62,997 bases of DNA, filler included, from Octopus bimaculoides (GCF_001194135.2; 9 parts of 9 records of this genome joined end to end with filler, not necessarily neighbours in it), one strand, 5' to 3'; positions 12,445 to 26,738 are shown, numbered from the whole stretch's first letter. Made by a program: numbers and translations. The notes: a model not told the origin generated them from the letters alone.

Positions 12445-13090
12445 ATCATCATCATCATCATCATTTGATGTTTCTTTTCCATGCTGACATGGATTGGCTG
12501 GTTTGACTGAGGGCTGATAAGCCAGGAGGCTGCACCGGGCTCCAATCTGATCTGGCAAGGTTTCTACAGCTGGATGCCCTACCTAATGCCAACCACTCGG
12601 AGAGTGTAGTGGGTGCTTTTTATATGCTACCGGCACAGAGGCCAATCAGTTGGCTCTAGCATCGACCAAGCTTGAATGGTGCTTTTTATGTGCCACCAGC
12701 ATGGGAACCAGTCAGGTGGCACTGGCATCAACCGTGCTCATGTATATACATATATATATAATCATCATCATCATTTAGTGTCCGTTGTCCATGCTGGCAT
12801 GGGTTGGACGGTATGACTGGGCTGGCATGATGGAAGGTTGTGCCAGGATCCAGTCTGATTTGGCATGATTTTCTAAAGCTGGACGTCCTTCCTAACGCCA
12901 ACTACTCCGAGTGTATAGTGGATGCTTTTACATGCCACTGGCATGGGCAACATTTGCGTGACACCAGTATCTACCACTGCTGTGATTTTGCTTGGCTTGA
13001 TGGGACTTCTTCTCAAGATCAACATAATGCCAAAGGCCTTGGTCATTGCCTCTGTGAGGCCCAACACTTTGCCTCCATGAGCCACAATGC
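12445..13090 (-). mobile_element. Two tandem family C retroposon copies
   Basis: (cat)n tails at about 12445 and 12760, each followed by ccatgctg.catgg.ttgg...ggatgccct.cctaa.gccaac. Confidence 0.8.
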
Positions 13091-13179
13091 TCAAAAGGAA
13101 TATATATATATATATATACATATATTTATATAAATAATAAATAGAGAAATAAAATAGACATTCTAACAATTTATTACAT

Positions 13180-13737
<558 letters not shown>

Positions 13738-13837
13738 NNNNNNNNNNNNNNNNNNNNNNNNNNNNNNNNNNNNNNNNNNNNTTAATTAATTAANNNNNNN
13801 NNNNNNNNNNNNNNNNNNNNNNNNNNNNNNNNNNNNN
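13738..13837. other. Artificial scaffold-joining spacer
   Basis: 44 N + TTAATTAATTAA + 44 N. Confidence 0.95.
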
Positions 13838-13870
13838 ATGTATGTATGTATGTATGTATGTATGTATAAA

Positions 13871-14035
13871 CGACAGGCTTCTTTTAGTTTCCGTCTATCA
13901 AATCCACTGACAAGGCTTTGGTCGGTCCGAGGTTATAGTAGAAGACACTTGTCCAAACTGTTACGCAGTGGGACTGAATCCGGCACCACTTGGATGGGCT
14001 GCAAGCTTCTTACCACACAACCACGCCTGTGGCTA
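13871..14035 (-). mobile_element. SINE family A, 5' half
   Basis: gtttccgtctatcaaatccactgacaaggctttggtcggtccgagg.tatagtagaagacact. Confidence 0.85.
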
Positions 14036-14595
14036 TATGCATGGAATTAGCGTGTAAGTGACTGAGTATGTACCCGTAACATAATTTTTCCAGCTGAATG
14101 TGTGAAGCAAGGCCTTTTTAAAAAGTTATAAGATGCAATCCATTCGACAGGGTTACACAGTTTCTGTTTGCCCAGTCTTACTCACAAGGCTTGAGTTGAA
14201 ACGTAATTCATAAAATGCATTTGCCTAACAATCTGCACATTACTATTGAACCAAAAACATCGCGATTTTGTAGCTAACTTGTCAAACATTCGGCAATCCC
14301 GCGTCCATAATGTTGATATAAATAGCACAAATTATGTTTATTGGAATGAATTTATGGAATAAAAAAGTCTTAACCATTGATCTTTGCCGGTAACAGATCA
14401 ATTAAGGGAAGTAACAACAAAATAATAGACGTCATTTACAAATGTTAATGATGGTGCTTTCAATGAGAGGACTTTTGATGTTAACCCTTGGAATGATATG
14501 TGTTTAATTAGATAGGAAGGGCCTTGATAATTATGCGGTAATTTAGTTGAAAATATCTATTAGGAATTTCTGACTGCTGTAATGATGATTAGAGT

Positions 14596-14632
14596 AACAA
14601 CAACATCATCAACAACAACAACAACAACAACA

Positions 14633-14693
<61 letters not shown>

Positions 14694-14694
14694 T
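14596..14694. repeat. (ACA)n/(TAC)n trinucleotide microsatellite
   Basis: Direct inspection; source of the poly-T and poly-V ORFs. Confidence 0.97.
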
Positions 14695-15266
14695 AATTAC
14701 AACGCTGTATGCAAATAGAAAACAGGTGTGTAGTTTTGAAATTAACATGGGCGATCGTTGTTCAGAAAGACGAGGTCAGATGAAGCAAAAATCCAGGATT
14801 TGATTTCAATCTTCGATATTGTTTCGCTGATACTCTTGACAAATGCGTAAACACAACAAAAAACTTATTTCAATATTNNNNNNNNNNNNNNNNNNNNNNN
14901 NNNNNNNNNNNNNNNNNNNNNNNNNNNNNNNNNNNNNNNNNNNNNNNNNNNNNNNNNNNNNNNNNNNNNNNNNNNNNNNNNNNNNNNNNNNNNNNNNNNN
15001 NNNNNNNNNNNNNNNNNNNNNNNNNNNNNNNNNNNNNNNNNNNNNNNNNNNNNNNNNNNNNNNNNNNNNNNNNNNNNNNNNNNNNNNNNNNNNNNNNNNN
15101 NNNNNNNNNNNNNNNNNNNNNNNNNNNNNNNNNNNNNNNNNNNNNNNNNNNNNNNNNNNNNNNNNNNNNNNNNNNNNNNNNNNNNNNNNNNNNNNNNNNN
15201 NNNNNNNNNNNNNNNNNNNNNNNNNNNNNNNNNNNNNNNNNNNNNNNNNNNNNNNNNNNNNNNNNN

Positions 15267-15301
<35 letters not shown>

Positions 15302-15610
15302 GACGAAGGTGGCTATACACGATGTTAAAACAAAAAGGAAAAATTCAGTTGTGACAGTGAGTGACGATGCAGTGTATCATCTACATTGCTAAAAACAAGA
15401 GTCAAAGTCCCTTATGGCCACAATAAGCACAATCTATGTACTGACGGGCATGATTTCCGCCCTACAGCACATATATACATACACACACACATGACATAGT
15501 ATGTTTGATATTGTCTTTATTGTCATTTTGGTTATAAAATAAACAGATTAATCAATAGAGTACAGTGTCTTCAAGTTGATGAGTACCTCATATTCCCCTC
15601 CATTTTCTTA

Positions 15611-15710
15611 NNNNNNNNNNNNNNNNNNNNNNNNNNNNNNNNNNNNNNNNNNNNTTAATTAATTAANNNNNNNNNNNNNNNNNNNNNNNNNNNNNNNNNN
15701 NNNNNNNNNN
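15611..15710. other. Artificial scaffold-joining spacer
   Basis: 44 N + TTAATTAATTAA + 44 N. Confidence 0.95.
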
Positions 15711-16480
15711 AAGGCAAAAACAAGAAGAAAAAGCAATGAAAACTAACCATTTAAAGTTAATCATAGACGCGTTTCTGGATTATGAATGATAAATTTCAAT
15801 TTCCGTCATCGGTATGATATTCCAGTAGCACATTCGACTATGCTAGCAAACCGCGCAAGTATGAACGAGTGAATATCATGCCTCGACACAATCTGAAAGC
15901 ATAACCAAACTTACCTCGGCCAGCCATTCCACTACTTCCTCCTCAAGAAATTACCATGTGCGTTACAAACAATACTGCAGAAGCTTTGCGTTTACTATCA
16001 GGGAGTGAATAATTATTACAAATTGAAAGGGTAAAGATTTATCAATTTATTAATTTATTTATAAATCAGCAATTAATAATTTTTACCAAGCCCTTCGGTA
16101 TGTAAGCACCATTATCGGTGGAGAACTTATTTAAAAGTTCCCATACATTTATAAACATAATTAAGGGATCAGCAAGCATTTGCTTNNNNNNNNNNNNNNN
16201 NNNNNNNNNNNNNNNNNNNNNNNNNNNNNNNNNNNNNNNNNNNNNNNNNNNNNNNNNNNNNNNNNNNNNNNNNNNNNNNNNNNNNNNNNNNNNNNNNNNN
16301 NNNNNNNNNNNNNNNNNNNNNNNNNNNNNNNNNNNNNNNNNNNNNNNNNNNNNNNNNNNNAGCTGTTAAAAAAGCTGAGACTCCAACAGATAGCATTACT
16401 TGTAACTCACAAAGGCAAAAACAAGAAGAAAAAACAATGAAAACTAACCATTTAAAGTTAATCATAGACGCGTTTCTGGA

Positions 16481-16742
16481 AATTGAAAGAAGCCCACGAC
16501 ATATATATATGTGTGTGTGTGTGAGTGTGTTTGTGTGTGTCTGTGTTTGTCCCCCACCATCACTTGACAACCGATGTTGGTGTGTTAACGTCCCCGGAAC
16601 TTAGTGGTTCGGCAAAGCGACCGATAGAATAAGTACTAGGCTTACAAAGAATATATCGCGGAATCAATTTGTTCGGCCGAAGGCGGTGCTCCAGCATGGC
16701 CGCAGTCAAATGACTGAAACAAATAAAAGAGTAAAGAGTATA
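16481..16742 (+). mobile_element. SINE family A, 3' half with (GTAAAAGA)-like tail
   Basis: tgaaagaagccc...cttgacaaccgatgttggtgtg...gatagaataagtactaggctt...gcggtgctccagcatggccgcagtcaaatgactgaaac. Confidence 0.85.
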
Positions 16743-17308
16743 TAAATTTCTGATGAAGTTCCTAAATTTGTCGAAAGCGTTTCACTGCAGTTAGTTCTAT
16801 GCTGTTTATGTTACGTCATTAAATGCTGCTACTAAATATTTGCTGACTAAAACGGAAAGAAAATAACAAAAATAAAAACACAAAAAGCAAACAGTAAATA
16901 GTACACACGCTAGAAAAAATATTTACTTCGAAATACTAAGTCAGAGCTTTCCACCTTTACGTAATTAAGAAAAATAAAGCAACAAGCATTTAACTTATCT
17001 TCTTCGTATCCAAAAAAGGTTAATAAGACTAAAGGCTGCCTTTTCCTCGCTGACAGTATATAAATGCGTCGAAATTTATGGCACCCAGAAGGTATTTGAG
17101 TACTTAAGCTATAATAAATCTTTGATCACACTTCTCTTCTGGAAGTGCATGCAATTGTGTAACCATTGCACATGGAATTCATCATGAATATACGTTTACA
17201 TACATGCATACATACATACATACATACATACATGTATATATATGTATATATATATATATATATACAAATATATATGTATATATGTGCTTATACGAATATA
17301 TGCTCATG

Positions 17309-17380
<72 letters not shown>

Positions 17381-19186
17381 CTTGCACATATAAATTTATG
17401 TATGAATATAAGTTTAAAGTTCATATTAATGTTATCAAACCCTCGCACACATAGATGTGTATGTATACGCATGCATATCCGTTTTCATACACATATATAT
17501 ATGTGTACGCGTGAATAAAATTTAGAATAAAAGCACTGAAAATACGACGGAATAAACACTGGAATGTGACCTCTCCCCACTCCCTCAGATCACTATCCCA
17601 GTCCTAAAATAGTTGTTTTTAATTGCGTTACTACGCGCGAAGACTCGACAGGAAACCACCAATGAAAATGCAGGATCCACGCAATTCTGCGCCCTCGCAA
17701 TGGGCACACGCTGAGTAAGTAATTTTTTGTGTGCTTGTAGCTTCATAGGGTTCATTGTTAAAGAAAAGTCTGCTGGTGAAAAAGGAAGTGGCAGTAATGA
17801 AGATTGAAGAGTATTTAGAAAATACAGATATTAGTTTTGATGTAAACACACGGAAATAATAATGATTACAAAAAAAAAAAAAACCAGAAACAGCGACTTT
17901 TTTTTTTATTTTACCAGCAACTGCGAAAAGGGAAAAATGAAAAAAGAAACAAAAGATATTTATAACCACACTGCAGTGTTGATTTTTACTTTCTTTATAA
18001 TTTTAACTTTGTTTTCTACATGAAACAAAAAGTTTGAAAATTGAGATGAAAACACGTCTACAGTTGACATTTTGTTGCTGTTATAATTTAGTTGTGAAAC
18101 ATGAGGTAATCATTGTTAGTTCAGTAGTGTGGTAAATAGGTACCTTATAAGCTTTCATTGAATTTTTTCACTTTACACGAAATAGTTGCATTAGAGCAAT
18201 CAAAATCATGCAACAGCTTCTAAAAAATTTTACAAGAAATTTGATAAGGTTATGGCCAAATAACGCTATACCGAAACACTTTTATCTCTGCGTGACTGAG
18301 TCATCGCAGAATCTAACATTGGATTAATAAACTCGGACTTATCAGTCACATTTCAAAAAGCTTGGAATACAGTATATTCCAGTTGTCGCAGTAGATTTGA
18401 AGAATAATTATCATCTCTTTATAAAATTTTTCAGCGCATACTTGTATTTAGATAAGCTGTATAGCTACAACTACGAAAATGACTGACGATGTTAGAAACC
18501 TGTCTTCCTCGTCAAGCTTGATCTTAATTTGTACCAATCACCTTGCTGTATTATTTATTCAATTTTACCTCAAACAAAAGCAAACGAACGCAATAACGAA
18601 TTCTGTTAGAGACTTCTCATTTGAAAATGCAACAATCAGACCTGTATATATTTCGATCACAAAACTGAATCAGTAAGTACGTCCAAATGACATTATCTTG
18701 AAAGCTATGCATTAAAGGGAACTGAATTATTATATTGAAAGAAAACCATTATCTAAAAGCACACTAAAAGCAAGACAATTTAGGTAAAGGCCAGTAGAGT
18801 TATAATACAGTTCTAGCTTCTTATTAAATGAACTTTCAAACCTACTACTTAACTCTATGTTCTTCATATGGCTCCATAAAGAAGTAACCCTAAGAAAATC
18901 CTCTATGTTATTATTTTATATTAAATGAATATATTTTTTTCACTGAAAGATCTACAAAATATTCTCTTAGTTATTCTAAGCCTGGAAAGTTCATATCAAA
19001 ATGTTTTGGTGAAGAAGTCTTTTAAGGTTGATGTACATCCAGAATTGTCAACGTACCTACTAATGATCAGACTCACTCGCAACTACGCGCTCCGTATTTT
19101 ACTTTGAATCAGTTTAGGTACTGGAGCTGTCTTACATGTCTTAATTGATAAGAATTACCATTAAAGCTGCTAATTTTTATTTTCAG

Positions 19187-19229
<43 letters not shown>

Positions 19230-20624
19230 CATAAATATACAGGGATTAGCATTGAGTTGCTTCTCCAACATACTGAAAATTTAGAAATAGCAGTCAAAGA
19301 ACTACTGATTCTAAACTACAAATTTTTCTCTAAATGGATGGCGATATTTATGGCACACATAGAACAAAAAACCGGAGGGGAAAGCATAAACAAAACAAGT
19401 CTTTAGTTAATCGGATACGATCGTTTCATGGTTAAGAGAATGAAAAATCCCTATTCCAAAATCATCAGTCCGATATTCTGATAAATTTGAAAGTGTCTCT
19501 AAAAAAATTCACGGTAATTTTTGGCCATGCGACACCAAAAATCAACGATATATATATATATATACTTCATTATATTATATGTAATTATAATTAAGTATTT
19601 TTATGGTTCACTCTATTAAGTATGTTAGCTTCCTCACTCAAATATCAAGAAACAGTTTTGTTTTACTCATGCTTTTCGGTTGCCTCAGTATTTTTAAAGA
19701 ATAAATATCATCTCTTTATAAGCCTTTGGATAAATATACTTATTACAATTTCCAAATACCATACTCCTTTGTATCCAATTTCAGCTGCTTTGTTACAACA
19801 AAGAATTGTTATTTTATTCTTAGATTCTTGCAGGCATCGATATCTTACATAGATTTTCCTATGTCTACAACATTAACAGAAAGCAGTCTCATCAACACTA
19901 CATTTTTCCAGGAGACAATTCTGTTGTGGATGCTAATTATACAAAATATCACGAAGTTACGCAAGTGATTTATGCCAGGCACATTACTTGGTGAAATTTC
20001 ATACCTTCATTTAAATTACTATAGTCATGATGAAGAATACCCAGTCATAATTTAGATTTGTTAGTTGTTGTTATTGTTGCTATGTTTGCCGGGTTTGCTC
20101 TGACTGAGTAGATCTATGATTTACTCAGTCATTCCAGTCATATCATCTGGCATTCCAGTCATTTCATCTGGTCTTCAGTTATTGTGTACTAGAACTACAT
20201 TACCTAACGTATCCGTTTTTAAACACGGTTAGTGTGTCATATAAGGGAGATTTGGTTTATTTTTTTCTGGCATGTTGAGTGACCATTTAGGGATACATTT
20301 TTAGTGTTTAGATTTAAGTTCTTTTTGATAAAAATTAGAACTCTTCATTAACATCTTCCCTGAAATACTTAAAACTTAATGAAATGCAGGTTCTAGTCTA
20401 GTTCTCTATTATTTCAGCCCTTTATAGTTTTCTTTTAACTTTTCTGACTTTACTCTCAATAAGCACCCATCTTTGAAATTTGAAATGTTTTCCCTGAAAA
20501 AGTTCATACTGCAATAAAACTATCATATACCCTTTACTGAAATAGTAGTCTCTAATTTCTTGAAAAGTTTCCTTATTTCATTGATAGACACAGCAGTAAA
20601 ATAAACGTGATGAGTTGTTAGAAT

Positions 20625-21130
20625 CGTTAAAGCATCAACAAAATACCTTACCATATTTAGTTACGAATTTTTGCATTCTGAGTTTAAATACAATCGCAGA
20701 CAACTCTGCTTTCCAACTCACCGGGGTTAATGAAATAAAGTACTAGTTAAGCACTGGAGTCGCTTTAATTGATTATACAAGGATGGTAAATTGACAGAAT
20801 CCTTAGAATATTGGAAAAGAAAAGGCTCTGCAGAGTTGTTTCGCCTCTTTACGTTCAAAGTTCAAATCTCGCCGAGGTTATCTTTCCTTTTAATTCTACC
20901 AGAGATTACAAGATGTCTCGTTTTCACCCAATTTTTTGTCTTGTCTGAGTTAAAAGTAATTATTAGCAATAACATTCGTGTGGTAGATTGGCAGAATCGT
21001 AAGAGCGTGAGACGAAATATATTCAGGTATTTAGTGAAAGTTCTTTTCGATCTGATCAAATTCCAGTGTGAAGTCTTTTTCTTACGGCTGAAATAAAGTA
21101 CCAGTCAAACACTAATATCAATATAATCGT
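20625..21130 (+). mobile_element. Three decayed tandem SINE family B copies
   Basis: Repeated agaatcgtta...tctgagttcaaat...aaataaagtac motifs. Confidence 0.65.
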
Positions 21131-21839
21131 CAATACTGCACTGTAAAATTTGAGGCCTTATATCTGTTAGAAACGATTAATAGCAGTAAAATTACATTCT
21201 TGGAAAACTAGATTAAATATGTAAAATAAATTCTTGAAGAGGCGTGGTTCACTAAAACATCTCGAAATAGTAAGTTAATTTGCTGTCAGTTATGTTATGT
21301 TATAGATTAGTTATTTACGATGTTTTGTGTTAGCGTGGTAAAAATAATAAAAATACGGATATTAAAATACATATTTTTGAGTGTAATCCATCCTAATATC
21401 ATATTTCTAAAGAAATCAGTTTGAAACTGTAATTGATTGTCATATGCCTTTGAAGGAGAGCGACCATGAGAATAATGACGCAAGAATAAACAAAATAATA
21501 GGTCCCACACCAGATTCGAAACGCCCCAGGCAAGTTTCTACTCCATTATATGTTGCATTCTCTTCAAACCTTGCCGAAAATGTCTTTGTGGACAATGAAG
21601 AATTGTATTAATAGTTCCAGCTGTGTTGTTTTCCACGATCCCTAGGATATGTACTACAAACAACTGCACACTTTTATTTTTGCAGCGCGGGTTACACATG
21701 ACAACCGAATACCAATTAATTAGATTCCTATTCAGAAAGTTTGAGACTTCATTCTTTTCTGCAAAAGGAAGAAAAAAATGAGCAAATAACGATAGAGAAC
21801 TATCCAATTCAAGGCAGTATTAATCTATTGTTATACTTC

Positions 21840-22775
21840 CTTTCATATGTAGGATGATCTACCTCCTTCATCTCCTTTAACGAGCAGATTATCGTGTCCT
21901 TATACATTGCTGGTAACAATGCACTTCCACTTTCCCTTTATTCGCGCCCTTCGTTTCCATTTGGGTTCGAATTGTTTGGTTAAATCATCTTTCCATCGTC
22001 GTGGAAACTTATGAGTTGTCTCTTCTAGACTTTTGCTTGGATATCATCCAACAACTACACGAGCTCATTTCTTGAAGCTAATATAGCATTCTCGGTATTC
22101 CGTGAGCACATTGTTTGCATCACTTCATTCGTGGGTATCCTAGTTTCGGATTTGCTCACGCAATGATATTCTTAACATGTATCTTTCTACTGCTCTCTGT
22201 GTGGTAGCCAGTCGCTCTTCTCTTTCCTGTTCGTCCACGTCTCACTTACGTATAAGAAAGCAGATGGGACAGTGCTCTTGAAGAGATTGGCATACAGAGT
22301 TTTGTTCAGATGTTCTTTGAGCACATATTTAATTTGCGTTCATGTCTCGGTATATGATTATTGTTAGTACTGAAAAGATGCACACCTTCATCTTCTTAAT
22401 TTAACTGTTTCGGCTTTTGTGTTACACTTTCGAACAGCATATATTTTGTTTTCCAGTGACAGATTTTGTGACTTACTGCTAAACTCCAGGTGTCTAGCTT
22501 GTCAACATGGTCTGCAGCTGAACTGAGGTCCCTTCAATGAGCACAGTATCATCTGCAAGCCGAATGTATGTTATTAGCTTGTTCTTGATGTTGGTACCGC
22601 TTTTCCGGTCAATGTCTCTGACGACAATTTCATGACATACAATAACAGCAGAGCTACGTCGGTTGTGGATTCCGAGTTCATCTTCTTGTGAAGTTCTATA
22701 AATTTGTAACTTGACTCCTTGCATCTCCAGACGCTCTCCTGTGTGACCCTTCTGTCCGGCATTCAAAATGATAGC
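21840..22775 (-). mobile_element. RTE-clade LINE 3' fragment with decayed RT domain
   Basis: KLITYIRLADDTVLIEGTSVQLQTML (YADD-like motif) and downstream RRWKDDL. Confidence 0.8.
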
Positions 22776-22799
22776 TCGCTAACCACTACACACATTTTT

Positions 22800-22968
22800 T
22801 TCTCTGCTTGTTTCTCTCTTTGTTTCTTTCTGTGTTCCTTTCTGTGGAAGAGCGTAGGCTCGAAACGTTAAAGACTTTTCAATTCCCGAGCGTTATACTA
22901 ATACGTCTGTTTGTTTTCTATACCACCTGTCTTCATTTTTTGTTTTTTTTGTGAATTCTCCCTATATA
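22800..22968 (+). mobile_element. Penelope-like terminal repeat with hammerhead-like core
   Basis: ctgtggaaGAGCgtagGCTCgaaacgt; related motifs at about 36305 and 53064. Confidence 0.55.
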
Positions 22969-23102
22969 TAAGAAGCAACGAAATAAAAAGCGTCAAGTAA
23001 AACTGCAATATTACAGATTGACAAATATGAAGTTAAGAGTTGGGGCATGTACTGTGCACATTCCAGTTTTATTAGATCTCATCAGCAGATCATAGATCTT
23101 AC

Positions 23103-23161
23103 TTGGTGACGTATTGATGAGAGAGTTACTAAGTAGACGTACAATGGTGTACGCTTCGAGA
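23103..23161 (-). other. Candidate orphan exon (59 nt), product unknown
   Basis: tttttcctctttttctcAG acceptor and caa|GTAAGA donor; two open frames; no recognisable homology. Confidence 0.3.
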
Positions 23162-23499
23162 CTGAGAAAAAGAGGAAAAAAAGCAATATTCTTGTGCATA
23201 CATAGTGTTATTTTATTCTTTTATTGATCCTGTCTGTTTTCAATTTGAGAAACCTCAAAGTTTTATGAAGCCAAATTGTAATTTATGTAGTATATATATT
23301 TTGGAGGAATGGCAATAAAGACATTCTATTTCATTCTCTCTATTCTCTCATTCTTTCGCAGACTCACGCTCGCACACATGTAGATACATGTATGCATGTA
23401 TGCTTGTATGTATGAGTATATGTATGTATGAGTATATGTATGTATGTATACATGCATGTATGGATAAGTATATGTACACACGCACGCACACACAAAGGT

Positions 23500-23701
<202 letters not shown>

Positions 23702-24214
23702 GACACAAATATCCGATTATAAGTATATAACTTTTTAGTTATATTTAGGAAATTTATTTCCAAACAGATATACTTTTAATTCAATAATTTCAAAACCAGC
23801 TGGGGGAACAAATTTAATATTCTCTATTTGCAGAAAATTTTGTATTTTCGATGTTTATAAGGGTTGTCGCAAAACTAAAAGAATTTAGGTTATCACTTAG
23901 TGTAGACACATATTTGTTCATAGCTGAAAACTTTCAACTCAAGGCCACAATTCTGAATATTTTATGGAACCTTTTAAAATAACCGCTTATGTGCTACAAA
24001 TAATTTTTATGTTTGGATAAAAAATAACTCTTCATATAATATATAAAACATGTTAGTTTTAGGTGCAGGAATACCTCTGTGCGTGAGAAGTTTGTCTTTC
24101 AAGCAAATGTTCTGGGTTCGACCTCACTGAATGACCATTGATTTCTGCCATAGCTTCTGTTTAACCGTTTATGAGCGAAACTGTGCGAAAGCTTACTGGT
24201 TACAAGTGGAAAGC

Positions 24215-25915
24215 AAGCATAAAACATACCCTGAAACTTTCTATAAATTTGCAAAAGAAATAATCACAGTACAATACAAAATAGGACCGTTGTCCCAAAG
24301 GAATGACTCACTGACCGCAGACCCGAGAAGGTTAAGAGGAGAGCTCAGTGAACAATTTAAAAATATTTTACCTACCCCTGCGACACATGCAGATGAAAAA
24401 AACCTGACTGAATTCTTTAACATTACAGCTCTGCAGATAAAAGTGGCATTCCTCGATTACATCGACATTGATATAACAGCAGCTATAGAAGAAATGAGCT
24501 TATACTCAGCAACTGGGCTCGATGGCGTCTCAGCAGTTCTCCTGAGGTTGTATAAGTAAGCTTTAGCGAAACCATAATTCAGATACTTTTTCAAAGTTTC
24601 CTTGCAACTGGTAAACTTCCTAAAAAGCTAAAAGAAGGCATCATATGTCATATCCACAAAGGTGGGAGCAGGGCAGAGACTAAAAACTATAAGCTAATCT
24701 CTCTGACTTCACATATCAGAAAAGTCATGGAACGAATCGTCAGAAAATGGTTTACTGAACGATACATAGCATGGCTTCCGTCCAGGAAGAAGCTGTCTCA
24801 CACAGATCTTACTGTACTATGACAGGGTTGACCATTCAGCTGTCATTGGGATACGTCTTGACTTCGCAAAAGTTTTTAATAAGGTAGGTCATAACATGGT
24901 ATGTCACAAACTTTGAGCGCTTGGCATAGCTGGTAAACTGAGTGGCTGCAGATGTTAGGAGTAATGCGGTCGCAGAAATTGCCTGACAGTCATCACTGGG
25001 TTCTCCTTCTTGTATGGCATGGTGCACAGTCCTGTTGCCAGACATAGGGCTTTCCGGCAGTCACCTTCTTGACCCAGGACAGCACTACCTAAAAGATAGT
25101 AGTCAGGCGGTTGCAGCCAATGGTGCCCCTCTCTGAGGAGACACAAATTCTGAGCAGCGTCCCTCAGGTAACTGTCTCGGAGTCATTAATTGGTTATAAT
25201 ATCTCTCTTAGACATGGCCATGGTCACTCAGACAGCCAATGTCGCTAGCTACTTCGATGATACAAAATCATCGCAGATAATAAAGTACCCAGATGATGTT
25301 CCAAGCTTACTTGTCGGACTTAAATGCAGTATACAAATGAGCTGAAGAAAATGACACGCAGTTTAATGCCGGAAAATTTCAAACACTGCGCTATCAGCTC
25401 ACAAATGCACTTCAGCCTGCATATAAATAACCCGAAGGCACTGCAATCTCAGAGTCACAGAAAGTGAGAAACTTGGGGATCAGCATCTGTAATGATGCAT
25501 CATTTCAGATGTCCATAGCCAAGATGGCAACAAAGTGCAGACAACTAGCAAAATGGACACTAAGGTCCTTCAAGACAAGAAGCCAAGCAGTTATGTTGAC
25601 CCTGTGGAGGACCTTTGTTGTTAGTCGCCTGGACGACTAGCAGTGGAGTTTGAAACGGTCCAACGCCATTACACTAAAAAATTGTAACAGTGCCACACAG
25701 AAGAAATACAGGGTGAGGTTGAACAACCATGACATTGCTCCCTGGAAAGAAGACGCGACAAATATGTAATAAGCTACGTTTGGAACATTCTGGAAGAGCT
25801 AGTACTTAATTCCGGTATCAAGTGTTATACAAATACCAGAACTGGATGCCATTGTGTTGCATCAAAGGCACCGTTCATCTCATCTAAATTCAGGACCAGG
25901 TATTGTAATACACTT
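24215..25915 (+). mobile_element. Decayed CR1/L2-group LINE ORF2 (RT and C-terminal region)
   Basis: PETFYKFAK..., SATGLDGVSAVLL, KNYKLISLTSHIRKVMERIV, HGFRPGRSCLTQ, LDFAKVFNKVGH, VASYFDDTK, FNAGKFQTLRY; many stops and frameshifts. Confidence 0.9.
24951..25088 (-). mobile_element. Internal Tc1/mariner transposase fragment inserted antisense in the LINE
   Basis: VVLSWVKKVTAGKPYVWQQDCAPCHTRRRTQ**LSGNFCDRITPNI (QQDxAPxH motif); no TIRs. Confidence 0.85.
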
Positions 25916-26452
25916 TCCATTTGTGATGACGAAATATGAACTCCAATTGGAATTTACATACTACGGACAAGAAACATTTCCACCACTTCTACACATCACT
26001 TTCCATGGATAATGGAACTGCAACTATAGCATTTTTATATATTTTTATTTTTTATTTCTACATTCATTCTCTTATTTCCCTATATACTCCTTATCTGCTT
26101 CATTTTCCTAAATAACTCTTTATAATGAACTCTAATATTTCCCTCAGATTTAACCATCTCACATCGTCTCCGATGAAAGGATATCCTTAATATCTCAGAA
26201 ACAGCTGTAAGACTAACTTTTTCTTTATAAATGTCCTGAAAATTCCACACAGCCTTGGTTTTGTTGTCTCGATTTATTTCACACACACACACAATCACAC
26301 ACACATATACACACACACACATACATATATACATATATATATACATATGTTGTCTCGTTTTATTTAACACACACACACACACATATATGTATGTATGTAT
26401 GTCTATCCACACACGTACATACATATCCATCCATTGAGCCTACGCCGATATA

Positions 26453-26499
<47 letters not shown>

Positions 26500-26691
26500 N
26501 NNNNNNNNNNNNNNNNNNNNNNNNNNNNNNNNNNNNNNNNNNNNNNNNNNNNNNNNNNNNNNNNNNNNNNNNNNNNNNNNNNNNNNNNNNNNNNNNNNNN
26601 NNNNNNNNNNNNNNNNNNNNNNNNNNNNNNNNNNNNNNNNNNNNNNNNNNNNNNNNNNNNNNNNNNNNNNNNNNNNNNNNNNNNNNNNNNN

Positions 26692-26738
<47 letters not shown>

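Noticed and set aside
17620-18120. Promoter or first exon (CpG patch, GTAAGT at about 17715, ATGAG|GTAATC at about 18105)
   Set aside because: Suggestive but no consistent exon model; cannot be supported without transcript data.
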